64,000 nucleotides of DNA, taken from contig JAUCBJ010008482.1 of assembly GCA_032718475.1 (NCBI GenBank), positions 1 through 64,000 on the forward strand, written 5' to 3'. The translations under genes were made by a program, and so were the position numbers. Positions 21,981-32,311 of this stretch are shown here, in pieces. The stretch is from Nemertoderma westbladi (taxonomy: Eukaryota > Animalia > Xenacoelomorpha). The notes beneath the pieces are model-generated. The model was not told the origin of the DNA, did not search any database, and saw nothing but the letters and a program-made list of their open reading frames with translations. Position 1 is the first letter of the stretch; the number at the start of each line of letters is the position of its first letter.

Positions 21981-24900
21981 TCACGTTGGGGAGTCCCTAG
22001 ATGTTTGAGGAATTAGGGAGGTGGTCGTGGGAAGAGTGTCTTGCCTTCCATAGTTTCCGGAGAGTTCTCTGTCTCTTTCCAGTAAACATAAACGACCAAC
22101 TGGGCGGTTGAGTTGTTGCGTCTCAAAGATTATGCCTGGCTTCTTGAAGTTACGCCGCATGACGACGAGTTCTACCGAGCGTACTAAACCATCATCCGAG
22201 ATGTGAGTCTCGATGATACGACCTGTCTGCCACCGTTTATGTGGGAGGTCTGAATCTACAATAAGCACCATATCTCCGGTGCTGACGTTTTCTTGCTGCG
22301 CAAACCACTTAGTTCGAAGTTGTAGCGTGGGCAGATAATGTTTCTCGAAATGGTCAGCGAAACGACGGGATAGCAACTGCATAAGTTGCCAAGTTCGACG
22401 GCAGTATTCGTCTCCGTCGGCAATCTCCGATCGTGGGAGCATGGCTACAGGTTTCTTCAGTAGGAAGTGCGCGGGTGTTAGCGCTTCCAGGGAATCGGGA
22501 CTCGATGAGACTGGCATAAGCGGTCTCTCGTTGAGATAGGCAGCTATTTCTTCCATTAATGTCCGCAAAAGTTCGTCGGTGAGATACGCGCGGCATGGCA
22601 CTATAAAGTGAAATGCGGTCTTGACACTTCTAATTAATCTCTCCCAACTTCCTCCCCACCAAGGGGCGTCGGCGGCGTTGAAGGTCCAGCTAGATGCTGT
22701 TATCCTTAGCTGATCGTCCACCTGTCTTTGGTTCCAGTCCTTCACGTAAGCCTGGATTTCGTTGTTGGCACCAATGAAGTTCGTTCCCTTATCCGATCTC
22801 ATGGTATTACTCGTCCCGAAGCGAGAGATCTGTCGGCGTAAACTTAAGACGAAGCTGTTGGTAGATAGATCGTTCACCATATCGAGATGGATGGCTCTAC
22901 AAGTCATGCATACGAAGATGACACACCATCTCTTGACTATAGTCCTAGCACGATATACTTCAATAGGGCCAAATAAATCTACACCAGTATTAGTAAAAGG
23001 TGGTTCATAGAAGCTTACTCGTTCCCTAGGTAATTCTGCCTCTCGCTGTGTTAAAGGCCTACTGAATGCTTTCCTACAGGGTATGCAGTTCCTAAGAACT
23101 TGGTTCAGAGCTCTACGGGGTTTATCAAAATAATAGCGAGTTCGAATTTCGCTAAGAACTCGTTCTCTACCAGCATGATAAAGTTTACTGTGAACATCTA
23201 CAATCATCTTGATTTGTACTTCAAGATTTCTAATGAGTATGGGGAATTTAGTGTCAAAGGATAATGGCGCATTGGTGAGCCTTCCTCCAACACGTATTAA
23301 CCCATCTATCATTGTGCTAGAGAAGCGATCCCTTAAGCGCATCTGCGGATTTCTCAACAACAGGAAATACTTATCGGAATCCTCATAGCATTGCAGGAGT
23401 CTCAGTATCTGCTTATTGGTTTCTTCATGCTCCTGGTAACTAATTTTCTCCTTGAGAAACCGGTCAGATGTCTTATATTTGGGTAAATTTTTAATAACAT
23501 GAACTTGCGCAGATGTCAATGGAGCGGTATCACTAATGGTCTTCGTCCTGGAGTAGTGATGATGAAAATATCTCCTTAAATATGTGACGGCTTTACAGAG
23601 CCGATTCCAGGAACTGTAGTGATGCATTGTTCTCTGCAGCAGGGGTGAGATTCCTTGCGAGACGTCTGGTATTCCAGATTTCCAATCTCTATCTCTAATT
23701 TCCACAACAGACTTATTTGTGGCGAGGGATTGTGGATCCGAAGCATCATTTCTGGAAGTATGTAATACAGATAGATCGATCGTCGGTTTAAATAACTTCG
23801 ATTTACTCGCCCGGGTTTTAGGTTTGACTGTCTCCGCTCCCTTGGCTTGTCTAATTTCCGCCGTAGTAAGGTGAGGAGGCCATTCATCCTCTTCCTTGCT
23901 CAGGAAGTCGGGCCCACCCAACCAGTCTGGAGTATCTATCAGTTCCTGTGGAGTTGCTCCCCGGGAGGCGATATCGGCTGGATTAATCGTACCAGGGCAA
24001 TGTCTCGATTGATCTATCTTTGTGCGACTAAGAATAATAGCTACCCTGTTAGTAACAAAAACGCTGAACTGACAGACTTCATTGGTTAGATACTCCAACA
24101 CGAGTAAAGCGTCGATCCAATAAACCGTTTTCTCCAGTGGATAGTCGATTTGTTCTGTTACGTTCCGGCCGATGGCTGTAGCGTATAAAGCCGCCTTTAA
24201 CTCCGCTCGAGGAACCTTTAACTTGTTGTTAATCAATGCCTTAGAGGTAACCAAGGCGACTTTGATTCCATCCGGAGTTTCGACTCGCAGATATGCTACT
24301 ATACCTATTCCCATGTCGCTGGCGTCTCCAAACACATGTAGTTGATAGGAATACGTAGGAAGAACATGACCAAAATATGCATGGGAAATTATAAAGTTCT
24401 CGATGGCCAGTAGAGAATCTTCCCATTTCATCCATTTCTTCAACAGTTCTCCCTTAAGCGGATCGTCCCATGAGTGGTTTTCAAGCCACATTTGTTGTAC
24501 TAAACTCCGAGCAATCAATATAACTGGGCTAATAAATCCCAATGGGTCAAAATAAGTGCTCAGGATACTTAAACAAATCCGTTTGGTCTGAACTGGATTA
24601 TCTCGCTGTTTTAGCTGAAAAAACAGGATATCCTTTTCAGTGTCCCACTTCAAGCCAAGCGTCTTGGTTTCTGGAAGATCATCCTTTATTAAGTCTAGGT
24701 CTTTCGCTCCTCGGTCTTCTACCGGTATCGCTTCCAGAAACTCACGGGAGTTGCTGGTGAATTTCGTCAGTCGAAATCCACCTCTTTTCAAACACTCTAC
24801 CGTTCCTTTCGCGACATCAATGGCTTCTTCTACTGATGGAAGGGACCTTAAATTGTCGTCCATGTATATATTACGCTTGATGTTGTCTATCACCTCTTTT

Positions 24901-25436
24901 GAGAAGGCGTCTCGGTCGTCATTCGCAGTGGTCCGCACCACGGAGCAGGCGTTGGAAGGGCTTGATATGATCCCAAAAGCCTGGATGGTCATCCAGTACT
25001 CTACCGGTTTCTGGTTGAGATCTCCTTCAGGCCACCACAGAAATCTCAGGCTGTCTCTATCTCTATCCAGCGCCTTGACTTGTAAGAACATTCCTTCTAT
25101 ATCGGAGGCGAACGCGATGGAATATTGTCTTAATCTTAAAAGTATTCCCAACAAAGATTGGAGTAAGTTGGGTCCTGGTAACAACTCGGAATTGAGGGAT
25201 TGGCCCATATATAGAGCGGAGCCATCGAATACGACTCGTACTTCATGGGGTTTACCGGGTTTGGGAACGTAATGATGTGTTAAGTAATACGTTCTCTCAG
25301 TCACTGGTGTTCCTTCCAGTACTCGCTCCGCGTATCCCTTTGTAATAAATTTCTTCAACTGAGTTTGGTACATTTCTTTAGCTGAAGCATTAGCCGTAAG
25401 GCGTCGATGTAATTGAGCGATTCTTTTCTCTGCCAA
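21981..25436 (-). CDS. pol: BEL/Pao Pol: reverse transcriptase, RNase H and integrase
   Basis: RVVFDGS, SLNSELLPGPNL, DIEGMFLQV, YMDD, KTLGLKWD, FDPLG, FGDAS, PRAEL, NPADIASRG, H..H..CIPC, GVDLFGP, SDKGTNF, WWGGSWERLIRSVK, DDGLVRSV. Confidence 0.97.
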   Translation of the reverse strand: MAEKRIAQLHRRLTANASAKEMYQTQLKKFITKGYAERVLEGTPVTERTYYLTHHYVPKPGKPHEVRVVFDGSALYMGQSLNSELLPGPNLLQSLLGILLRLRQYSIAFASDIEGMFLQVKALDRDRDSLRFLWWPEGDLNQKPVEYWMTIQAFGIISSPSNACSVVRTTANDDRDAFSKEVIDNIKRNIYMDDNLRSLPSVEEAIDVAKGTVECLKRGGFRLTKFTSNSREFLEAIPVEDRGAKDLDLIKDDLPETKTLGLKWDTEKDILFFQLKQRDNPVQTKRICLSILSTYFDPLGFISPVILIARSLVQQMWLENHSWDDPLKGELLKKWMKWEDSLLAIENFIISHAYFGHVLPTYSYQLHVFGDASDMGIGIVAYLRVETPDGIKVALVTSKALINNKLKVPRAELKAALYATAIGRNVTEQIDYPLEKTVYWIDALLVLEYLTNEVCQFSVFVTNRVAIILSRTKIDQSRHCPGTINPADIASRGATPQELIDTPDWLGGPDFLSKEEDEWPPHLTTAEIRQAKGAETVKPKTRASKSKLFKPTIDLSVLHTSRNDASDPQSLATNKSVVEIRDRDWKSGIPDVSQGISPLLQRTMHHYSSWNRLCKAVTYLRRYFHHHYSRTKTISDTAPLTSAQVHVIKNLPKYKTSDRFLKEKISYQEHEETNKQILRLLQCYEDSDKYFLLLRNPQMRLRDRFSSTMIDGLIRVGGRLTNAPLSFDTKFPILIRNLEVQIKMIVDVHSKLYHAGRERVLSEIRTRYYFDKPRRALNQVLRNCIPCRKAFSRPLTQREAELPRERVSFYEPPFTNTGVDLFGPIEVYRARTIVKRWCVIFVCMTCRAIHLDMVNDLSTNSFVLSLRRQISRFGTSNTMRSDKGTNFIGANNEIQAYVKDWNQRQVDDQLRITASSWTFNAADAPWWGGSWERLIRSVKTAFHFIVPCRAYLTDELLRTLMEEIAAYLNERPLMPVSSSPDSLEALTPAHFLLKKPVAMLPRSEIADGDEYCRRTWQLMQLLSRRFADHFEKHYLPTLQLRTKWFAQQENVSTGDMVLIVDSDLPHKRWQTGRIIETHISDDGLVRSVELVVMRRNFKKPGIIFETQQLNRPVGRLCLLERDRELSGNYGRQDTLPTTTSLIPQTSRDSPT

Positions 25437-25443
25437 GGGTCTG

Positions 25444-28400
25444 TTATTTATAAATCGATTTCATATCGATTTCAAGGCCGATTTCATATCTACCTTGGTC
25501 CTTTAAAAAACGTGTAGTTGTTTCCTGGATTTGCTTGGCTCTTTCTTCTTCTATCGATAGGGCCTTATCGTATGAATTGGGCTCTACCAGTTCTTGAGTA
25601 AAGAATCGTACGGCTAGTTCGTCCCGAGTTCTAGCGTTGTAGCGCTCTATCTCATCATTTAGTTCGTCATTGTAATCAATGGGTCCCGATGGGCGAATCA
25701 GTTGACATAGGTTCACCTGGTTTTTCCACGTTTTGTTTTCTGTAAGTAGGTCGATTGTGTTCTCTTCATCGAAGAGTTGGTAGATGTCGTCATTATCTGA
25801 GGAGTATAGTGTTCCCTCAGTTAGTTCTTCCACCTCACTGCTCTCCACTTCCCAATCGTTTACTTGGTATATTCGTTCTTGTGGCATTCTCTCTTCGAGA
25901 GTTCTGCGGGAAGGGCCAGTAAAGTACCAACCTACTCTAGTTCTTACCGCATAGGTTTGCAGTGGCTGCGGTTGAGCAGGCCGTTTCTCCAATGTCTCGA
26001 GCGCCTCATGCGCGTTTTGGCCGATGAGTATTTGCACTCCAGGATAATCTGTCTGGAATCGAGGTATCTTAAGATGTTGAATGCTCTCATCCTCGTCCCA
26101 ATTATAAAGGTCTGCTTGGGTAGTAGCGAAGTTCTTTATAGCCACCATTTTTACCGACCTTATACCTTGTGCTCCTAATTTATCCTGGGGGGTGGACAAC
26201 ACACCTACATAGTAATCTGCCGTTAGGGTAGATTTCCAAACCTGCATAATTCCTGACATATTCAATTTAGTCCGGAATTTGGGTTGTCCAGCAAAGATAT
26301 CTTCGGCTAGTTCTTGATCGATGAATGTTCCTGTGCTGCCGGAGTCAAGGAGGGCGTTCACTATGTAACTTTTGCTAGGACCATGAACTCTTACCTGCAC
26401 TACAGGAAATTCTCTGATTCCTACGTTGGAAGTTGGAGCTTTCCAAGATGGTTGTCTGGCAAAAGTAGTTGGGGGGAACTCATTGTCGGTGTCCTTTTCA
26501 TAAGTAAGTGCTCGATACACCGCGGTATTGATTAGGTAACAGGATTCGTTGGTGTCGGAGAATTCGTCAGTATAGAATCCTTCCATCTCAGACTCTTGAT
26601 CAGTGTCGTTTACATCACTGAATTGGACATGTAGTTCGGGCTCACTTACCTTACTCGGGTTGTTTCGTTCGAACTCACTGTGTAACAAGATGTGATGTTT
26701 CGCGTCACACTTTGCACACTTTACGTCGGAGTAACAGGTTCGCCGTTGGTGTCCTGATCTGAGGCAATTATAGCATAACCGCTTATCCCACACGACTGCA
26801 CGTCTGTCTACAAGGGATTTCTTTAGAAATTCGGCACACGCACTCAAACGGTGGGTCCCGTCGCACACCGCACAGTTAGGTTTTATGTTACTCACTTTAC
26901 CTTGGGTAACTTGATGCACTCTCGTTCTTTCTTCAGGCTTTCTTCGGTGCATTCTGTTAGGAGACTGAGGAGGGGTCTTGGCAACCTGTTCTCTCCTATC
27001 GATGTTTCGAGCCTTGTATTTACTTACGTCTTTTGAGGTTTTGTCAACGTAGTAAGATCTATCAGTGTCTTTCCCGCTGTCCTCTTCTTGAGAAGCTTGG
27101 CTTTCGCCGTCGTCAGTGTAACACACTGGTGTTACTCTTCTCCTAGAAGCGGGTTTCTCACTTACCTTATTTTCCGATGTTTTCTCTCTGGACTGCTTGA
27201 TGAGTTGTAGTTTTACTTCACCATCTAAGAAGGACATGAGATCAGCCATGGTAGGGCTTCGTCGTTGTTGTTCATTCATGTACAAAACTTTCTTGTCCCA
27301 GCGTGTACATACTCCACCCTTTGGTAAAGTAGAGACTACGGCTCCAATAACCATGGAACTCTGATATTCATGAGACTTACCTAACCAGTCCAATTGTCTA
27401 CAGATCTCCTGAATCTCATCGGAAAACTCTATAATCCCGCTACTAAGGAAGTTTCGGGGGGCTACTAATTTTGCATACAAATACTTAGCTATGTTATCCT
27501 TGTTACCGTACCTGATGTTTAATGTATCCCAAACTTGTCTTAATCCTTCTGGATGTCCAATAAACTTTAACGCCATTAACTTGGGAGGTCCTTCCAAACA
27601 CTTGATGAGGAATCTAAGCTTCTCGCCGTTAGATAGTACAGAGTTCTGTATGCTATCTTTGTAATATTCATTGAAAGGTAACCATTTCATCTCATCTCCA
27701 TTGAATTTGACGATCTCTCCCACTTTAACCGCTTGGCGGGCTTCTGTTCTAGCCATCTGATGCGTAAAGCTTTCTTGGGCCATCGTGTTATTTAATATCG
27801 AATTATCGGTATATAAATTTCCCGGATTATTATCAGGTCTATAGGGAATATCATTAACAACAGGTTTATAATCACCCTTAATAGGGTTTGCTATAGGAGT
27901 TTCTACTTCACTAGCAGTATCCACACCTTGCGCATGTGATACTTCAGACCTAACAGGTTGACACAATGTTACTGGGGGTATTGGTATACCCTTTTGTATA
28001 TTGACTAATTTGTCACGTTCTAGCGCGATACTTTGCTGCACTTCTTGTAATTCTGCCCTACCTTCCCTTACTGTTCCCTTAAGTTGGTGGACAGTCTCCT
28101 GCATCTGTCCGAGCAGGAGGTTCATCCCCCGCCGTCCCTCCTCTACCCACTCGACAGCCGAAGCGGGAGTCGCCAACATTGTAGCGGGCTGACGCTGGAC
28201 GACGGGAGACAAATCTTTGATTTCTCTCTCTGTTTCCAGGACAGGGATATTCTCATGGACTGTTCTACCGGGTACAGGCAGTGTAGTACTGTGTAAAGGG
28301 AATTTAGAGTTAAGCTCTGGAAGTACAGGGGTCTCTAGCACAGGAGTGACTTTGGGAACGACAGGCCTAATTATTTCAGGCTCATCAACTATAGTAGGGA

Positions 28401-30039
28401 GTCTTTTGACCTTAATAATTTGGTCTATAGGTTCTATACTACTTAAGTCTGTGCTAGCTAGTTGTCTTCTAACAGCTGGGGGCAAATCAGGCAATTTGTA
28501 ACGGTGGGATGTTTTTCTACGCCTGCTTAGACGAGATCTATTTCCTCCGCCTTCAGGATCGGTGGTTTCGCTTTCCTCCGATGATGTGTATCCCTGGCGT
28601 TTGGGAGTAGATCTTCTCATCATCTGCATGTGACTAGCAGTTAACTGTTTATTTATGAAGTCTTGCGTCTCTTGCAGATTTTCCAACTCTAGTTGGGTAG
28701 TCTCCTCAGACGCTCTCCATTCTGCTTCTGCCACCGCTGCTTTTCTTTCTGCTTCTGCTTCTGCCGCCATTGCTTTTCTTTTTGCTTCTGCTTCTGCCAC
28801 CGTTACTGCTGCTGCCTTTCTTTCTGCTTCGGCTTCTGCCACCGTTACTGCTGCTGCCTTTCGGTCCTCTATCCGTTTTTTCTTTACTTGTTCCTCTTGG
28901 ACTCTAGCGAGGCGGAGTTTTTCATCAAATTTAGCTTGGTTCGCAGCTAACATTTCCGCATCGATTGAGTCCAACACAAGCTTGGTTCCTTCACTATTGG
29001 GGCGAAGTCCAGCCAGTCGTCTCCTCAACTCCTCATCACCCAAGAAACGTTGATAGTCTGACAGATAGATGTCTATGGCGTCTCTCGAGGGCGGCTTCTC
29101 TGCTGCTGTCTCTTCGCTTTCCACTTGAGAAAGGGTGGCATCGGTTGGTTCTTCATAGGTTGGTCTCTCAGCCAGCTGGGATTTCCACTGGGCCGTTTCT
29201 TGAACTTTGAGACCGACCCGCTGGAACCAAGTCTTGACAGCAACCTGCAGCGACGTGTCCTGTCTTCTTTTGGAAGTTTCCTCAAAGGCTGATAAGATTA
29301 GTCTAATGCGTAGGGTTCTTTCGCGTACTTGATAAAGCAGCTCTTCCTGCTCTTGAGGTCCTTGGGGTTGTCGAAACAGTTGTTCTTCTAATCGCTCTAA
29401 GGAGCCGAAGAATCCCTGCACATATCCTGCTGCAGACCTCTTCCAAACAGCTGGATCCATCGTATCTTTAGTCACTCCCATCCTGTGTATGTCTTCCCAA
29501 GTAGCTTCGGACAAATCCATCGGGAGTCCGGGTCCGGGAAAGTTCCATTGTGACTCGACAATAGACATCAATTCTTCCCTGGCGTATCCCGCATAACTAT
29601 CTTGGGTCGCTCGCTTACTTCTCGCCCAATCAGCTTGATGTTCCTCCACCGCAATCAATATAGTAGTTAGCACTGCGGCAGGAAGGGTGAGAAGGGGATC
29701 CGAGTAGGCTGTAGCCGCCATCTGCACTCCGCGTTCGGGGGTCAGCTCTACAGTATCCGAACTACTGGAGCTATCGGGTCGCTGGGAACGAGTTTCTTGA
29801 CTAGGCTGTTGCTGCTGTTGGACAGCTGCTTCCTGGTTCCGTTTGACCTGGGCCCAAGTGCCGATGATAGACCTACGGTGTTGGATTAGCTTAGGGTCTG
29901 ATACTACTACTGGAGGGATGACCTTTCTTTCAGTAGGAGGTGAGCTGAACTCCTTTCTTAATCGCTCCACACTCCTATCTGTGTCACAGATGGTTGTATC
30001 GATTAAACTGTCTGACAGGTTTTGCTGGGTGTCAGACAT
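25444..30039 (-). CDS. gag: BEL/Pao Gag-protease with a long N-terminal extension
   Basis: DUF1759-like block (KFNGDEMKWLPF...EKLRFLIKCLEG...RYG), three Zn knuckles (CAVCDGTHRLSAC, CYNCLRSGHQRRTC, CAKCDAKHHILLH) and aspartic protease ALLDSGS. Out of frame with pol near 25445-25460. Confidence 0.95.
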   Translation of the reverse strand: MSDTQQNLSDSLIDTTICDTDRSVERLRKEFSSPPTERKVIPPVVVSDPKLIQHRRSIIGTWAQVKRNQEAAVQQQQQPSQETRSQRPDSSSSSDTVELTPERGVQMAATAYSDPLLTLPAAVLTTILIAVEEHQADWARSKRATQDSYAGYAREELMSIVESQWNFPGPGLPMDLSEATWEDIHRMGVTKDTMDPAVWKRSAAGYVQGFFGSLERLEEQLFRQPQGPQEQEELLYQVRERTLRIRLILSAFEETSKRRQDTSLQVAVKTWFQRVGLKVQETAQWKSQLAERPTYEEPTDATLSQVESEETAAEKPPSRDAIDIYLSDYQRFLGDEELRRRLAGLRPNSEGTKLVLDSIDAEMLAANQAKFDEKLRLARVQEEQVKKKRIEDRKAAAVTVAEAEAERKAAAVTVAEAEAKRKAMAAEAEAERKAAVAEAEWRASEETTQLELENLQETQDFINKQLTASHMQMMRRSTPKRQGYTSSEESETTDPEGGGNRSRLSRRRKTSHRYKLPDLPPAVRRQLASTDLSSIEPIDQIIKVKRLPTIVDEPEIIRPVVPKVTPVLETPVLPELNSKFPLHSTTLPVPGRTVHENIPVLETEREIKDLSPVVQRQPATMLATPASAVEWVEEGRRGMNLLLGQMQETVHQLKGTVREGRAELQEVQQSIALERDKLVNIQKGIPIPPVTLCQPVRSEVSHAQGVDTASEVETPIANPIKGDYKPVVNDIPYRPDNNPGNLYTDNSILNNTMAQESFTHQMARTEARQAVKVGEIVKFNGDEMKWLPFNEYYKDSIQNSVLSNGEKLRFLIKCLEGPPKLMALKFIGHPEGLRQVWDTLNIRYGNKDNIAKYLYAKLVAPRNFLSSGIIEFSDEIQEICRQLDWLGKSHEYQSSMVIGAVVSTLPKGGVCTRWDKKVLYMNEQQRRSPTMADLMSFLDGEVKLQLIKQSREKTSENKVSEKPASRRRVTPVCYTDDGESQASQEEDSGKDTDRSYYVDKTSKDVSKYKARNIDRREQVAKTPPQSPNRMHRRKPEERTRVHQVTQGKVSNIKPNCAVCDGTHRLSACAEFLKKSLVDRRAVVWDKRLCYNCLRSGHQRRTCYSDVKCAKCDAKHHILLHSEFERNNPSKVSEPELHVQFSDVNDTDQESEMEGFYTDEFSDTNESCYLINTAVYRALTYEKDTDNEFPPTTFARQPSWKAPTSNVGIREFPVVQVRVHGPSKSYIVNALLDSGSTGTFIDQELAEDIFAGQPKFRTKLNMSGIMQVWKSTLTADYYVGVLSTPQDKLGAQGIRSVKMVAIKNFATTQADLYNWDEDESIQHLKIPRFQTDYPGVQILIGQNAHEALETLEKRPAQPQPLQTYAVRTRVGWYFTGPSRRTLEERMPQERIYQVNDWEVESSEVEELTEGTLYSSDNDDIYQLFDEENTIDLLTENKTWKNQVNLCQLIRPSGPIDYNDELNDEIERYNARTRDELAVRFFTQELVEPNSYDKALSIEEERAKQIQETTTRFLKDQGRYEIGLEIDMKSIYK

Positions 30040-30119
30040 GTTTAGCTATACAGTTGAATGCTTACTGCTATAGTTACAGTTAAAGCAAGTCTAGTAATTC
30101 AGTATGACCGTTGGCCTAG

Positions 30120-32260
30120 TACCGGTAATTAATTACAATATATTAAAATACCGGTATACACTTATAGTATATATAAGTATTGTAAACTAGGTTTGTCACA
30201 GAGTACCGGTATATAATTTTAGCACAAATATATATAAATATATAATAGGCCTATCGTGAATACCGGTATACAGCCTACACTTATAGTATATAAGTATAAT
30301 TCTGGACTAGAATTAATTACAGAATACCGGTATAATTTCAGCCTAGATTTATAGAAATAAAGATAATAGGCCTATCTTGAATACCGGTATACCAATTATT
30401 TAAATAATTGAATTTCTGAATTTAAAGGTTACCTAGTTACTTTAACTTATTTTATTACCGTTATTTAAGCAGTATTCCAACTGATATTGAGACCTAGTCG
30501 TTGTATGGCAGGCCTACTATTTATAAATCGTTTGAGTTGATTTATAATATTTATATACCCGTTTAAAATGGGTTTTGTCAATATTTGAAATAAATGTTAT
30601 TATTTCTGGGGGAAGTCACTACACAGAAGCTGTGCGCTCTCAGTGAAGTGCTATTTATGGGACACTAAAACAGATAATTCTAATTTACCTAAGTTACTTA
30701 ATACTACAAATTACTTACGATACGGGTGAGATTAAATCTCTAATTAAACACAACAAAAATATTACGTACGAAATTTTTAGGGTAATTTTACAGGAAGTCT
30801 ACAAACCAGCCTAACAAAGGGTTAGAATTCTGGTTATTACAACGGACAGGGTACTACGGTATTTGAAAATAATAAGTAGTAGTAAATATATTGCACTGTC
30901 CAGATAGGAAAAATACCACCGTCTGACGACCTATAGCCGTATCGCTATAGGTACTACGTTATGTATCACGGAGTGTTCCTACCTAGAAGTTAATTACCGC
31001 GGACTACCAGATCCAACGTGCCTATTAACCACTTTACAACACAAATATACTGCCTACACTCTAATTACCTTCGGAAAGCACTGTACACCAAACCCTAAAT
31101 TAGATACAAGTACTTATTAAAACAGATAACTAGCAGTTAAATATACTTGAACAGTTAAAAGAACCACGGCATCTGCTGGAGTGACCGGAGCACAAAGTCA
31201 CCAGTCTTTACCTACGCCAAGCAGCCCGTGTAGTACCGGGGTTAATTTAACTATAACGGTATGTGTAACAAGCACAATTACTGTAGGAATAAACTTGGGG
31301 ACATGAATGTTGCGAATAATCGCATAAACTCTGAATAATAAATATTACGCTACCCGTACAGAATACTCAAACAAAATACAAACCAAATGCTGGCAGACTA
31401 CCACCAAGCCTAAATAAACTACAGTATGTGCAGATTCCAAAATGGTTAGTTAGTATGCATTCTAACACGGTAGTACGACTTATTCTTTAAGAGGGGATTG
31501 ACCTTACAGCTCTGGCTGCCCCAACTTACTAACTGGCACTTTATCAGACAAACTCTACACACGCAGCAATCTCTTCAGACCTAATAATAGCTAGACAACA
31601 ATCCAGCCTACAAAATATCTGAGTAATAACTATTACGGTACCTGAACAGACCACACAAACAAACACAGGCCAAAACGCTGGCAGAATACTGTCAAGCCTA
31701 AATAAACTACAGTATGTGCAGATTCCAAAATGGTTAGTTAGCATGCGTTCTAACACGGTAGTACGACTTATTCTTTAAGAGGGGATTGACCTTACAGCTC
31801 TGGCTGCCCCAACTTACTAACTGGCACTTTATCAGACAAACTCTACACACGCCGCAATTCCTCCAAACCCAACAACAATCCGACAACAGTCCGGCCTACA
31901 GTTATCTGAGCAATCTGAGCAGACTTACACGTCTTCAGCTCAATATTAACTTACATGTAAATAAAACCGACAGAAATAAGTAAAATCTCAATAAAAAACC
32001 AGGGCTGCAGTCCCTGATTAAATACTAAGACCTACCGGTATATAATAATCAAAATCGAATAATACTAATGTACTTATACTGGAAGTACCGGTTAGGACAG
32101 TTGGGCCTACAGACCTACAGCAGTACCGGTTCAGGCAGTTAGGCTTACGGACCTACAGCAGTACTGGTTCAAGCAGTTGGGCCTACGGACCTACAGCAGT
32201 ACCGATTCTGGCAGTTGGGCCTACAGACCTACAGCAGTACCAGTTCAGGTTTACCGGTCG
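30120..32260. repeat. Repeats in the 5' leader: units of about 110-120 bp (30120-30390), a duplication with 288-bp period (31405-31564 / 31693-31852) and 37-38-bp tandem units (32085-32250)
   Basis: Recurring AATACCGGTATA, CAAGCCTAAATAAACTACAG...CTCTACACACGC and GTTGGGCCTACRGACCTACAGCAGTAC. Confidence 0.85.
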
Positions 32261-32311
32261 ACCGGTACTTTCAACTTTATTGCTTACTGCAATAAAGACT
32301 ATAACTGTTAT

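Noticed and set aside
24640-25272. Antisense ORFs over gag-pol (also 28655-29053)
   Set aside because: Expected shadow ORFs opposite a long coding region.
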